Of a stretch of 64,000 bases of DNA, positions 18,719 through 28,647 are shown in pieces (positions within the stretch are counted from its first letter, which is position 1; each line of letters opens with the position of its first letter). Location: NCBI GenBank assembly GCA_016192945.1, contig JACPTE010000024.1:16001-80000 (forward strand). The letters run 5' to 3'. Both the position numbers and the translations under genes were made by a program. The notes below the pieces were generated by a model that was not told where the DNA came from, did no database searches, and saw only the letters and a list, made by a program, of their open reading frames with translations. This DNA is from Candidatus Woesearchaeota archaeon (GTDB lineage: Archaea; Nanobdellota; Nanobdellia; Woesearchaeales; UBA10216).

Positions 18719-20056
18719 TCAGTAAAGCTCAAACCCGGATGACAGTTTAGCCACTTCCTGCTTAATCATCCTTATTTTCTTATTTTCCTTTATCTGCTTC
18801 CTGAACTGCTCAGCAAAAGCAGCCCTTTCCTTCTCAGGCATCTCAAAGCCCTTAACTTCCTCAATGACCTCTGCGATAAAGCCTGCAATCAGCTTCATCT
18901 CAGGCTCCTTCATGCCCATTGTCGTGACTGTTGGGGTGCCAAGCCTGATTCCGCTGGGAAAGAAGGGTGATGATGGGTCTGAAGGAACTGTGTTCTTGTT
19001 GACGGTGATTCCTGCAGCATCCAGAGCGTCCTGGACCAGAACACCCTTGCCAATGCCAAAAGGTGTGAGGTCAACAAGCATAAGGTGGTTGTCAGTTCCG
19101 CCTGAGACAATCCTTATGCCTTTAGCCATCAGCGCCTCTGAAAGGGCTTTTGCGTTCTTTACTATCTGGCTTGCATAATCCCTGAACTCAGGCTGCAAGG
19201 CCTCGCCAAGAGCGACTGCAATAGCTGCTGTCTGGTGATTATGGGGCCCTCCCTGAAGGCCTGGAATGACTGCCTTGTCAATTTTTGAAGGCAGTTCAGG
19301 GTCTTTGTCAATGCCCTTTTGGGTTACCATTATCATGCCGCCCCTCGGCCCCCTGAGAGTCTTATGAGTGGTTGTAGTGACTATGTGGGCAAAGGGCACA
19401 GGGCTCTTATGAGCGCCGCCAACAACAAGCCCTGCAATGTGGGCAATGTCAGCAGCAAGATAAGCGCCAGCATCGTCAGCAATCCTTGACATTTCCGCAA
19501 ACGGAAGCTCGCGTGAATATGCAGTCGTGCTGCACCAAATCAGCTTTGGCTTATTCTCCCTGGCGAGCCTTTCAACCTCATCAATATCTATGTAGCCATC
19601 TGACTTGACATGGTAAGGGAAGCTCTTGTACAGTGTGCCTGAAAAGTTTGTCTTCCAGCCGTGGGTCAAATGCCCGCCGTCAGCGAGATTAAGCCCCATA
19701 ACTACGTCGCCAGGTTTCATCAATGCAAAATAGACAGCCTGATTCGCAGGCGAGCCTGAATGCGGCTGGACATTTGCATAAGGCACCCCAAAAGCCTTTT
19801 TCGCCCTTTCAATTGCAAGGTTCTCAATGACATCAATAAACTCATTGCCGCCATAATACCTTTTTCCAGGGTATCCTTCAGAATACTTGTCTGTGAGTAT
19901 TGAACCCAGGGCTTCCAGAACAGCCCTGCTGGTAATGTTCTCTGAGGGTATCAGCTCAAGCCCCTCCCTTCTCCTTTTCAGCTCATTCTGTATTGCTGCA
20001 TAGATTTCCGGGTCTGCTGTTTTCAAGCTGGCTTTTCTGTCCATTTGTATCACCAC
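18719..20056 (-). CDS. glyA: Serine hydroxymethyltransferase
   Basis: LELIPSENITSRAVLEALGS...KYSEGYPGKRYYGG. PLP-lysine region TTTTHKTLRGPRGG. Confidence 0.93.
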   Translation of the reverse strand: MVIQMDRKASLKTADPEIYAAIQNELKRRREGLELIPSENITSRAVLEALGSILTDKYSEGYPGKRYYGGNEFIDVIENLAIERAKKAFGVPYANVQPHSGSPANQAVYFALMKPGDVVMGLNLADGGHLTHGWKTNFSGTLYKSFPYHVKSDGYIDIDEVERLARENKPKLIWCSTTAYSRELPFAEMSRIADDAGAYLAADIAHIAGLVVGGAHKSPVPFAHIVTTTTHKTLRGPRGGMIMVTQKGIDKDPELPSKIDKAVIPGLQGGPHNHQTAAIAVALGEALQPEFRDYASQIVKNAKALSEALMAKGIRIVSGGTDNHLMLVDLTPFGIGKGVLVQDALDAAGITVNKNTVPSDPSSPFFPSGIRLGTPTVTTMGMKEPEMKLIAGFIAEVIEEVKGFEMPEKERAAFAEQFRKQIKENKKIRMIKQEVAKLSSGFELY

Positions 20057-20071
20057 CGCAGGTATTCTCGT

Positions 20072-20686
20072 TTAGGCCATCATTGATAGCAACGCTGGCG
20101 CTATGGCGCTGAATAGGAGCGCGTTGAAGCCGAGGCTTGTTATTCCAAACCTCAGGCACTTGTCAGGATGCCCTCCCATGAATCCGAGTATGAATATCCC
20201 TGTGAATATGCTGTAAAATATGGTGAGCATTATTCCCAGCGTGAATATGTTTACTCTGGAAAAAGTTCCGGCTAAAATCCCTACCAGGGCGAATGAGGGG
20301 ATTGTTATTATGCTGAAATAAGAGAGCCTCATGGAAAAGGCATAGTCAATGGACATTGCTGCTGCCCCGATTATGGCGCCTGCCTTCGCGCCGTAGGCGA
20401 CCCCGCTTAGCACTGTTATGAGTGTGGTTAGCTCAATTCCGATGTGGTTTCTCTTCAGGGTTTTGAGAAGGAAGCATGAGGCGGCATGCGCCAGGAGGAG
20501 CAATGCCAGGATGAAGTATTTGCTTAATGCAAGGGCTGCCAGGGTAAATGTTATGGATAATGTTATTGCTAAAAGGTATTTGCTGAGGAACGCCCTGATA
20601 TGGGGAATTGACTGCCTGAATTGGAATAGTATTAGTTTCATTATCCGGTTAATCTGTAAATTAATGTATCCCGTCATCTTCTGCAT
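20072..20686 (-). CDS. Polytopic membrane protein (5-6 TM), unknown; possible small-substrate (vitamin/folate?) transporter component
   Basis: 204 aa hydrophobic ORF between glyA and 5-FCL, overlapping the latter by 13 nt. Function inferred only from context. Confidence 0.5.
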   Translation of the reverse strand: MQKMTGYINLQINRIMKLILFQFRQSIPHIRAFLSKYLLAITLSITFTLAALALSKYFILALLLLAHAASCFLLKTLKRNHIGIELTTLITVLSGVAYGAKAGAIIGAAAMSIDYAFSMRLSYFSIITIPSFALVGILAGTFSRVNIFTLGIMLTIFYSIFTGIFILGFMGGHPDKCLRFGITSLGFNALLFSAIAPALLSMMA

Positions 20687-21258
20687 TCAATAACCCTTGT
20701 TTCTGTGACTACCTTGTCAAGCCTGACGTCATGCTCTTCCTGGGGCACATTGTCTGCCTTTTGGAAGTCGTATGCAAATCCCACTTTGATGCACCTTGTT
20801 TTTTTCAGGAACCGGTCATAATAGCCCAGCCCCCTGCCAATCCTGTCTCCCTCCTCGTCAAATGCAACTACTGGCACAACAATGATGTCAATCTCGCCTG
20901 GCTCTACAGGCTCTCCTATTGGCTCTGTTATTCCAAATGCTCCCTTTCTGGTGTTTGCAATGCTTTTCAGCTGGACAGGGACCAGCTCATTATTTCCCGG
21001 GTTAGTCACAGGCAAGACCACCCTTTTTCCAAGCTCCAATGCCTGCCGTATGGCTTCCTTTGTGCTAACTTCATTTCCAGTCGCCCAGTAGAGCATTATT
21101 GTGTCAGCCTCGCTGTATTCTGTCAGCCCTGAAAACCTTTCCTGTATGGCTGCGCTTTTTTTGGAAGTCTCTCCCTGTTCCATGCTGTTCCTTTTCCCTG
21201 TGAAAAAAGCCCTTTGCTGCTCTTTCCTGAGCTGTTTTTTTTCAGGGCCTGTAGCCAT
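20674..21258 (-). CDS. 5-formyltetrahydrofolate cyclo-ligase
   Basis: 194 aa. IDIIVVPVVAFDEEGDRIGRGLGYYDRFL matches the MTHFS C-terminal motif. Confidence 0.85.
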   Translation of the reverse strand: MATGPEKKQLRKEQQRAFFTGKRNSMEQGETSKKSAAIQERFSGLTEYSEADTIMLYWATGNEVSTKEAIRQALELGKRVVLPVTNPGNNELVPVQLKSIANTRKGAFGITEPIGEPVEPGEIDIIVVPVVAFDEEGDRIGRGLGYYDRFLKKTRCIKVGFAYDFQKADNVPQEEHDVRLDKVVTETRVIECRR

Positions 21259-22003
21259 TTTTCATCAGCACCCCGTCAAGATAAACCTCTGAATTTCCCA
21301 TTATCTTCAGCCTTCCCTCTGCAATGAGCCTTATGGTGTCCGGGTAAATCATCCAGTCGCCATTTTCCTTGAGCTGGTTCAGGTATTTTTCTGCATCCTC
21401 TTCCATCCTGCCCCTGTTGAACCCTGATAAGTCCACTGGCCTGGAAACCGATATTATGGGCCCTCCGTCAAGCTCTCCGTTGACTATGTGGACTGTAGCC
21501 CTTATTTCCCTTTCCCTGTTCAATACTGCTTTTTTCACGCATTCTGCTCCTGCGCATCCTGCATATACTCTTTTTCCTCCCCTTGTTTTTGTCAGGTCTG
21601 CCGGGTGAACATTGAGTGTTATGAAGTTTTCGTATATTGGCGCTGTGACAACGCTCATGTAGCCGCACAGGGCTACCAGGCCCACTTCGTATTGCCTCAG
21701 CTCCCTGGCTGTTTCTGTGTCATATTCTTCGCGTATTTTCATGTCTCTCCTGCTTGCCATTCCCCTCGCAAGATAATAGTCCTTTATGTCCCTGATGATT
21801 ACGGGTATTCTGTATTCCTCCCCTATCTTTCTGGCGTTGCACTTTTTTTCGTCTTTTGTGTCAGTGAATATTGCCGCAACCTTAAATGTTGTTTCGCCAA
21901 GATTTTTCTGAAGCTCTATGATTCTTCTCAGGTTTGTTCCTGAGCCTGACATAAACCCAGCCACTCTCAATGCTCCTGTCCTTGTGTGTTGCTCGTGCTC
22001 CAT
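21242..22003 (-). CDS. purN: Formyltransferase-domain protein, PurN-like GAR transformylase
   Basis: LNVHPADL resembles the PurN N.HPSLLP motif. Formyl_trans_N fold GFMSGSGTNL. Positioned between purD and folate genes. Confidence 0.75.
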   Translation of the reverse strand: MEHEQHTRTGALRVAGFMSGSGTNLRRIIELQKNLGETTFKVAAIFTDTKDEKKCNARKIGEEYRIPVIIRDIKDYYLARGMASRRDMKIREEYDTETARELRQYEVGLVALCGYMSVVTAPIYENFITLNVHPADLTKTRGGKRVYAGCAGAECVKKAVLNREREIRATVHIVNGELDGGPIISVSRPVDLSGFNRGRMEEDAEKYLNQLKENGDWMIYPDTIRLIAEGRLKIMGNSEVYLDGVLMKNGYRP

Positions 22004-22009
22004 GTCTGT

Positions 22010-23308
22010 TCATTTGAGGCTTGCCATGTGCTGCACTCTTTTCTGAAGGAGCTGCCTTGTTCCTATATCCCTTCTGTGGTATGTTTCGCCCCTGACCATG
22101 CATGCCGCCTGCTCTGCAATCCTCTCTGCATTCTCAATTGTGTCAGCAATCCCGACAAATGCAGCAGCCCGCGACCTGGTGGTGTATATGATTCCATCCT
22201 GTTCCCTGACAGCTGCATAAAACCTGAGTGCTCTTGTTTTTTCAGGGATGTCTATCCTGCCTGTGACAGGATTCTCTGGATATCCCTTTGGAACAACATA
22301 CTTGCATACTGTTGCCTTTCTCTCAAATTCTGCCTTTGCCTTGCGGAGCTCCCCTTCAGCAGCTGCCCTGCATATTTCTGCAAAGCTTGTCTTGAGGAGT
22401 GGAAGCACGTTCATGGCTTCAGGGTCACCGAACCTGGCGTTGTATTCAATCAGCTTAACGCCCTTTTTTGTAAGCATGAACCCGCCATACATCACGCCAC
22501 GATAGGTGCCTATCTCCTGCTTTAGGGCTTTTGCGGTCTTCTCTGTGATTTCGTGTGCCTGCTCAACGTGCTCCCTTTTCAGGAATGGCAGCAGGTGGTT
22601 TGAGTCGCTGTAGCTTCCCATGCCTCCTGTGTTTTGTCCTTCGTCATTTTCGTATGCCCTTTTATGGTCCTGTACAGGGGGGCAGTCAACAACAGTTTCG
22701 GCATCAGTTATTGACTGCAGGCTGAATTCCTCTCCATCCAGCTTTTCTTCAACAATGACATTTGAATGCGTTCTCAGAATGTCATTGCAATATGCAACTG
22801 CATCTTCTGAGCTTTGCAAATGCTCTCCTGAAACTTTCACACCCTTTCCTCCTGTCAGCCCATCAGGCTTCACAACAAACTTGCCAAGCTCATTCATAAA
22901 GTCTTTAATCTCGGATTCGCTGCTTTTGTTGCCGAATATTCTGTATTTTGGGTTTCCAGGTATCCTGTATTTTTCCAGCAGCTGCCTTGTGAATGACTTG
23001 CTTGTTTCAAGCTGGGCTAATGCCTTTGAGGGCCCGAAGCATGCAATGCCAATCTTCAGCAGCTCATCAGCCACGCCAGCTTCCAATGGCGCCTCAGGGC
23101 CTATTACCGCCAGGTCAGGTCTTGTCTTTTCTGCAAATTTTTTTATGGACTGGGCATCTGTTACTGAGCCAACAGTGAATTCCATGCACTGCCTGTAAAT
23201 GCCTGGGTTCCTGTTTGAGAGAAACCCATAGAGTTCTGAGCCTGAGCTGGCAAGGGCGTCTGCTATTGCGTGTTCCCTGGCTCCAGAGCCTATGATTAGA
23301 GCTTTCAT
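22010..23308 (-). CDS. purD: Phosphoribosylamine-glycine ligase (GAR synthetase)
   Basis: MKALIIGSGAREHAIADAL. ATP-grasp. Confidence 0.93.
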   Translation of the reverse strand: MKALIIGSGAREHAIADALASSGSELYGFLSNRNPGIYRQCMEFTVGSVTDAQSIKKFAEKTRPDLAVIGPEAPLEAGVADELLKIGIACFGPSKALAQLETSKSFTRQLLEKYRIPGNPKYRIFGNKSSESEIKDFMNELGKFVVKPDGLTGGKGVKVSGEHLQSSEDAVAYCNDILRTHSNVIVEEKLDGEEFSLQSITDAETVVDCPPVQDHKRAYENDEGQNTGGMGSYSDSNHLLPFLKREHVEQAHEITEKTAKALKQEIGTYRGVMYGGFMLTKKGVKLIEYNARFGDPEAMNVLPLLKTSFAEICRAAAEGELRKAKAEFERKATVCKYVVPKGYPENPVTGRIDIPEKTRALRFYAAVREQDGIIYTTRSRAAAFVGIADTIENAERIAEQAACMVRGETYHRRDIGTRQLLQKRVQHMASLK

Positions 23309-24735
23309 CTTGTTGCTATTTTCTGGTAATCCCTCTGCCTCTGTTCCTGCATCTCTTTTGCATGCCCTGTTTCTGTGGGGTATTCGCCTGTGATGCAGGC
23401 TGTGCAGGTGCTTTCAAGCCCGACTGCCTCCTTGAGGTCTTCAGTGTCCATGTAGATTAGCTTGTCTGCCCCTATTTCCCTCTCAATTTCTGCGATTGTC
23501 TTGCTGCCGGCTATCAGCTCTTTTTCATTAGTGAAGTCTATCCCGTAAAGGCAGGGGTTCCTTATCGGGGGGAATGTGCTTAGCAGGTATACTTTTTTTG
23601 CGCCAAAATCGCGCAGCAGCTGCACTATCCTCTTTGAAGTTGTTCCTCTTACGATTGAATCGTCAACTACCATTACGTTCTTTCCCCTTATCACAGACTC
23701 AATTGGCTTCAGCTTCAGCTTGAGTGCATTCTCCCTTATTTTCTGGGTGGGCATTATGAAGGTTCTTCCTATATACCTGTTTTTTACAAGCCCCTCTTCA
23801 TAAGGGATGCCAAGCGATTTTGCGATAGAGTCTGCCGCCGGCCTGCTTGTGTCAGGGACTGGTATTACCACGTCTATCTCAAGCTCTGGCCAGTGCTTTC
23901 TTACCTTGCTTGCCAGTGCCTGGCCAAGCCTCCTTCTCACTTCGTATATTGATTTGCCCTCAAGCTTTGATTCAACTGCTGAGAAGTAGACAAACTCAAA
24001 AACGCATGGCTTGTGCTGCTTTGCCATTGTTGTTTCTGACTGAACTCCGAGGTTTTTGTCAATGAAGACTGCCTCCCCGTTTTTCAGGTCTCTTATCTGG
24101 TTGTATCCCTCTATTGACAGGGCTATGCTTTCTGATGCGAATGCGTAGCTTGTCTCGCTTTTGTTGCCCCTCTTCCCGAATAGGAGCGGCCTTATCCCGT
24201 TGGGGTCCTTGAAGGCGAATATGCCCTTGCCCTCTATCACGCCCACTGCTGAATACCCTCCTGTCAGCTTTTCCTGAACTGCCCTTACTGCCTGGAAGAA
24301 TCCCTTTTCAGTGTATGCATCTGAAAAAACATAGAGAAGCAGCTCTCCATCTGAGTTTGAGATGAAGGTTCTTCCCTCTTTTTCCATCTGCGCCTTGAGG
24401 AAGGGGTAGTTTATTATGTTGCCGTTGAATGCTATGCCTATTCCATTGTTGTCTGTAAAGAAAGGCTGGCACTCCTTTATGTCGCCATATCCTGCTGTGG
24501 GATACCTGTTGTGGGCTATCCCCATGCATCCGTCAAGGGCTTTTATGCTGTCTTCTGTGAATATGTCAACGGCAAGCCCCTTTTCCCTCAGGATATTCAG
24601 CTTTCCTGAGCTGTTGGATGTTGCAATGCCTGCTGCGTCCTGCCCCCTGTGCTGCTGGTGGGTAAGGGCAATGTATAGCTCTGCGGCTGCTTGACTGCTT
24701 CCTATGACAGCGAAAACACCGCACAAATCACTCAC
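23305..24735 (-). CDS. purF: Amidophosphoribosyltransferase
   Basis: Ntn-hydrolase N-terminus (S)DLCGVFAV with catalytic Cys. PRTase motif VVDDSIVRGTT. Apparent GTG start. Confidence 0.93.
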   Translation of the reverse strand: MSDLCGVFAVIGSSQAAAELYIALTHQQHRGQDAAGIATSNSSGKLNILREKGLAVDIFTEDSIKALDGCMGIAHNRYPTAGYGDIKECQPFFTDNNGIGIAFNGNIINYPFLKAQMEKEGRTFISNSDGELLLYVFSDAYTEKGFFQAVRAVQEKLTGGYSAVGVIEGKGIFAFKDPNGIRPLLFGKRGNKSETSYAFASESIALSIEGYNQIRDLKNGEAVFIDKNLGVQSETTMAKQHKPCVFEFVYFSAVESKLEGKSIYEVRRRLGQALASKVRKHWPELEIDVVIPVPDTSRPAADSIAKSLGIPYEEGLVKNRYIGRTFIMPTQKIRENALKLKLKPIESVIRGKNVMVVDDSIVRGTTSKRIVQLLRDFGAKKVYLLSTFPPIRNPCLYGIDFTNEKELIAGSKTIAEIEREIGADKLIYMDTEDLKEAVGLESTCTACITGEYPTETGHAKEMQEQRQRDYQKIATR

Positions 24736-24892
24736 CTATCAGCCATTTTTCTTGCTATTCAATGCTGGAATCGTCTCAGGCTGTAAATCGGCTAATATGC
24801 CCCATTTATATAGTTTTGGTAGCCCTTCTTTTCCTGCTGATTTTGTTGCAAAAAATTTTTAATCGGAGGGCTCTTATGGCATTAGAACGAAC

Positions 24893-25420
24893 TCAGAAAG
24901 TCCAGGTCAACTGTGATTTATGGCCGTTCGTGGATGGGGCTGGATTGTGTGTGGTTCCTGATTTTTCTGCGTATTTTATCTCGCTAACAAGCCTGAGCGC
25001 CTCTATCAGTTGAGCCTGAAAGTCCAGATTATCCTGGTAAGTGAGGGTTGGCTGGAGTTCTGCGTATAGTTTTTCAGCCATTAACGAGAAATATTCTGCT
25101 GTTTGCAGGGCTTTGTTAACATGTCTCTCAAGGCAGTCCCTTTCTGAATTGTATAAGTTAGTTCTTTCCGAATCAACCAAAAAGCTCATTGCCAATTTAA
25201 GGTCAGTGGCACGAAGAAGCTCGGAGTTTATCCCGACAGTATATGCCTTGAATCTTAAAATCTCTGCATCATGCTGGTTTACGTCCCCCTCTGCAAGTAA
25301 TTTCTCTAGTGCTGATTCCGCATAGCAGGGCAGGTTTATTGCTAGGGCATACCTTGTTCGCGCCTGTCCCATCTCAACAGCTCTCCTTAAGATTTCCAGA
25401 TTGGGTGTTCGTTGAGCCAT
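24893..25420 (-). CDS. Hypothetical all-helical protein, translationally coupled to purH (AICARFT)
   Basis: 175 aa ORF. Its ATG lies 3 nt after the purH TGA. No family recognised. Confidence 0.45.
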   Translation of the reverse strand: MAQRTPNLEILRRAVEMGQARTRYALAINLPCYAESALEKLLAEGDVNQHDAEILRFKAYTVGINSELLRATDLKLAMSFLVDSERTNLYNSERDCLERHVNKALQTAEYFSLMAEKLYAELQPTLTYQDNLDFQAQLIEALRLVSEIKYAEKSGTTHNPAPSTNGHKSQLTWTF

Positions 25421-25422
25421 TT

Positions 25423-26694
25423 TCAGTGCTTAAAAGCCCTTTGCCCGGTGAATGCCATTGTTATGTTATGCCTGTTGCAGGCTTCTATGCTTTCATGGTC
25501 CCTTATTGAGCCTCCTGGCTGCACAATCCCGATAACGCCATAGCTCGCAGCCACCTCCACAGTGTCAGGAAAAGGAAAAAACCCGTCAGAAGCCATTACA
25601 GAGCCTATAAGGTTGCCTTTCTTTTCCTCAACAATCAGGTCAATTTCCCTCTTTTTTTTTGCATCCTGAAGCAGCCAATAGGGAGTGCCGTATTTCTCAA
25701 TTGAAAGCCTTGCAGCGTATTTTTCATATGCCTTGAATGCAGCTATCTTTGCAACGCCAACCCTGTCCTGCTCACCTGTTCCTATCGCAACAGTAGACTC
25801 GTTCTTTACGAAGATTACTGAGTTTGAGGTAACTCCCTGCTGGACTTTCCAGCTGAAAAGAATGTCCTTATACTCCTGTTCTGTAGGCTTTCGCTGGATA
25901 GAGTATGTCTTTCCATTATTTTCTGCAGATGCTGCTGCAAGGTCTTCCCTGCTTCTGATTTTGTTGACTGGGGACTGCTGCAGGATTATTCCCCCGTCAA
26001 TGAGGGGCTTTATGTCAACAAACCTTGTTTGGGCGTATTTATTGAGGGTTTTTATGTTGGGAATCCTTATTATTCTCAGGCTCTTTTTTTTTGAGAGTAT
26101 CTGGAGTGCCTCTTCTTCAAAGTCTGGAGCGCATACGACTTCAAGGTAGTTCTTGTCTATCTCGCTGGCTGTTGCAGTGTCCAGTGTTCTGTTGAACACA
26201 GCCACTCCACCGAATGCTGCGATTGTGTCTGTGAGATTCGCCTCCATGTAGGCTTCAGCAATCGTGCCTCTTGAAGCCACCCCGCTGGGGTTGTTGTGCT
26301 TTATGATGATGGCTGTTGGCTTCTCATCAAAGTATTTCAGGATGTTAAGCGCAGCGTCAACATCAGTAAGGTTGTTCATGCTAGGATGCTTTCCTGCCTG
26401 GATTAGGTCAGCGTCTGTTATCCCGCTTACGAGAGGATTTCCAGGCTTTATGTATTCGCAGTTTCCAAGAGCCAGGCTGCCGCTGGCCAGCTCGTACATT
26501 GCAGCCTCCTGGCCGGGGTTTTCCCCGTATCTCAGTCCCTTTTTGGAGTGCTCTTTTGAATCCTCCTGAATGACCTGCCATAGCTTTTTCCTGTATGTCA
26601 GGCTCTGGTCTCCATAGGATATCCTGATGCTGTCTGGAAAATGGTCGCCTATTATTTCCGTGTAGTCTTTCCTGTAGTCTTTTTTTGGCGCCAT
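25423..26694 (-). CDS. purH: AICAR transformylase domain of PurH (stand-alone C-terminal half)
   Basis: RYGENP...VAVFN...IVQPGGSIRD...FTGQRAFKH. No IMP-cyclohydrolase domain in this ORF. Confidence 0.88.
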   Translation of the reverse strand: MAPKKDYRKDYTEIIGDHFPDSIRISYGDQSLTYRKKLWQVIQEDSKEHSKKGLRYGENPGQEAAMYELASGSLALGNCEYIKPGNPLVSGITDADLIQAGKHPSMNNLTDVDAALNILKYFDEKPTAIIIKHNNPSGVASRGTIAEAYMEANLTDTIAAFGGVAVFNRTLDTATASEIDKNYLEVVCAPDFEEEALQILSKKKSLRIIRIPNIKTLNKYAQTRFVDIKPLIDGGIILQQSPVNKIRSREDLAAASAENNGKTYSIQRKPTEQEYKDILFSWKVQQGVTSNSVIFVKNESTVAIGTGEQDRVGVAKIAAFKAYEKYAARLSIEKYGTPYWLLQDAKKKREIDLIVEEKKGNLIGSVMASDGFFPFPDTVEVAASYGVIGIVQPGGSIRDHESIEACNRHNITMAFTGQRAFKH

Positions 26695-26695
26695 G

Positions 26696-27328
26696 TCAAT
26701 CCAGGTATTCTTTCCTTACCTTGCCTATCGTTGTTGCCTGAAAATACTTGTCTATGCTGTCCATGTAATTGCTGATGTGGCTGAATCCTTTTTTTGCGAG
26801 CAAGTGCCTTGCTGCAAGGCTGGTGCAGCCGTTGTTGCCTCGCATTAAGCTGAGTATGCCCTCGTAGTCTGTTGGCTCTGTGATTACTGCAACCCGCAGG
26901 AAATTCTTGCATCCTGCCTCTATAAGGCTTACTCCCCCTATGTCTATTTTGTTTCTTGCGTCCTCTATTTTTCCGCTTTTGGAGGAGGCTTGCTGGAATG
27001 GGTAAAGGTTCACTGCAACCATGTCTATTTTTCTTATTCTGTGCTGCTCCATGTAATCCCTGTCATCCATGCCCCCCAGTATTCCGCAGTGGATGAGCGG
27101 GTGCAGGGTTTTGACAAGCCCTGATGGCATTTCAGGAAAGCCTGTGTAATCAGATGCCTGAACCACGTTTTTTGGGGCTGCCTTTTCAATTTCCCTGAAT
27201 GTTCCGCCGCTGCTTATTATTTTTATGCCAGGATTTATTTTTACCAGTTCTGATGCGAGGTATTTTATTCCGCTCTTTTCATAGGTGCTTATTATGGCTG
27301 TATTTACTTTAATCAGGTCATCAGTCAT
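26696..27328 (-). CDS. purH: IMP cyclohydrolase domain of PurH (MGS-like, stand-alone N-terminal half)
   Basis: AIISTYEKSG...SSGGTF...VKTLHPLIHCGIL...MVAVNLYPF. TGA stop is separated from the next ATG by a single nt. Confidence 0.85.
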   Translation of the reverse strand: MTDDLIKVNTAIISTYEKSGIKYLASELVKINPGIKIISSGGTFREIEKAAPKNVVQASDYTGFPEMPSGLVKTLHPLIHCGILGGMDDRDYMEQHRIRKIDMVAVNLYPFQQASSKSGKIEDARNKIDIGGVSLIEAGCKNFLRVAVITEPTDYEGILSLMRGNNGCTSLAARHLLAKKGFSHISNYMDSIDKYFQATTIGKVRKEYLD

Positions 27329-28647
27329 TTTTGAAGGTGCTCTCTTGTCCTTTGAAGGGCGTTTTTTCTTACTGTAATCTCCCTTTTCGGGCTTAGGCTT
27401 ACCATGCTTATGGGCACTTGGGTGAATTGCACTAATTCCCTGAAGTATTCCTTCATGGGATCAGGCAGGCTGTCATAGCCTTGCCCGGCCATTTCAATGG
27501 CCTGCTGCTCGGTGAACCTTTCAAAATAGTATTCCTTGTCGCTGTATACTGGAGACCATCCGTCCAGCTTGAATGGGAACCTGGCTGTAATTGCGCCTTC
27601 TTTCTCGTATGCGATTGCTGCCTTGAACTTTTTTCCTGCAAGAACATCTATCTTGGTTACTGCGAAAGCGTCAAACCCGTTTATCATTGCAGAGTATTTG
27701 AGCGCAACAAGGTCTGGCATCCCTACTCTTCTTGGCCTTCCTGTTGTTGCCCCGAATTCCTGCCCCTCTTTCTGGATTTGCCTTCCAAGCTCATCTTTCA
27801 ATTCTGTTGGAAACAGCCCCTCTCCAACCCTTGTCGGGTATGCCTTGGCAACTCCCAGTATTGTGAACTCCCTTGGATTCACGCCCAGGTTTGAGAAAGC
27901 CCCTCCTGCAGTGGTATTTGAGCTTGTTACGTATGGCCTGGTTCCATGCACTATGTCCAGGAGGGCTCCCTGGGCCCCTTCAACAATTATTGACTTTCCA
28001 TGCCTGATTGATTCGTTCAGCTCATAGGCAACAGAGCCTGTGAATGGCCTTAGCTTCCCTGCATATTTATTGTATCGGCTTGCTATTGCTTCAGAATACT
28101 TGGCCAGCTCATCCTCATCCTTGATTATTCCCCTTTCCGCCAGCTCTGCTTTTTTGGCTCTCAGCACTGCATAGAGCCTTTTCGGGAAGTCTTTCTGAAG
28201 CAGGTCATGGATGGTTATGTCTTCTGTCCTGGATGCCTTGTCTTTTGCAGCAGGGCCTATTCCTCTTTTGGTTGTCCCGATTTTTAGCTCTCCACTGGCC
28301 TCCTGGCTGGAGTCAAGTGATATGTGGTATGGCATTATCAGGTGTGTGCGCTCGTCAATCAGGATTTTTCCGGCAATCTTGAAGCCTTTATTAACCACCT
28401 CCTGGCAATCCTTCAGGAAGGATTCCGGATTGAGAAACACATCAGGCCCTATTGCGACATTTTTTCCCTGGAGAACACCTGATGGCAGGGTATGAAGAAT
28501 AACCCTCTTGTCGCCGATTACGATTGTGTGGCCTGCGTTATCCCCCCCATTGAACCTTACAACCCAGTCAGCATCAGCGGCTATGAGGTCAACTATCTTG
28601 CCCTTTCCCTCATCGCCCCAGTAAGCCCCGATTACAACCGTGTTCAT
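27325..28647 (-). CDS. purA: Adenylosuccinate synthetase
   Basis: GAYWGDEGKGKIVD P-loop, GGDNAGHT. Confidence 0.93.
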   Translation of the reverse strand: MNTVVIGAYWGDEGKGKIVDLIAADADWVVRFNGGDNAGHTIVIGDKRVILHTLPSGVLQGKNVAIGPDVFLNPESFLKDCQEVVNKGFKIAGKILIDERTHLIMPYHISLDSSQEASGELKIGTTKRGIGPAAKDKASRTEDITIHDLLQKDFPKRLYAVLRAKKAELAERGIIKDEDELAKYSEAIASRYNKYAGKLRPFTGSVAYELNESIRHGKSIIVEGAQGALLDIVHGTRPYVTSSNTTAGGAFSNLGVNPREFTILGVAKAYPTRVGEGLFPTELKDELGRQIQKEGQEFGATTGRPRRVGMPDLVALKYSAMINGFDAFAVTKIDVLAGKKFKAAIAYEKEGAITARFPFKLDGWSPVYSDKEYYFERFTEQQAIEMAGQGYDSLPDPMKEYFRELVQFTQVPISMVSLSPKREITVRKNALQRTREHLQK

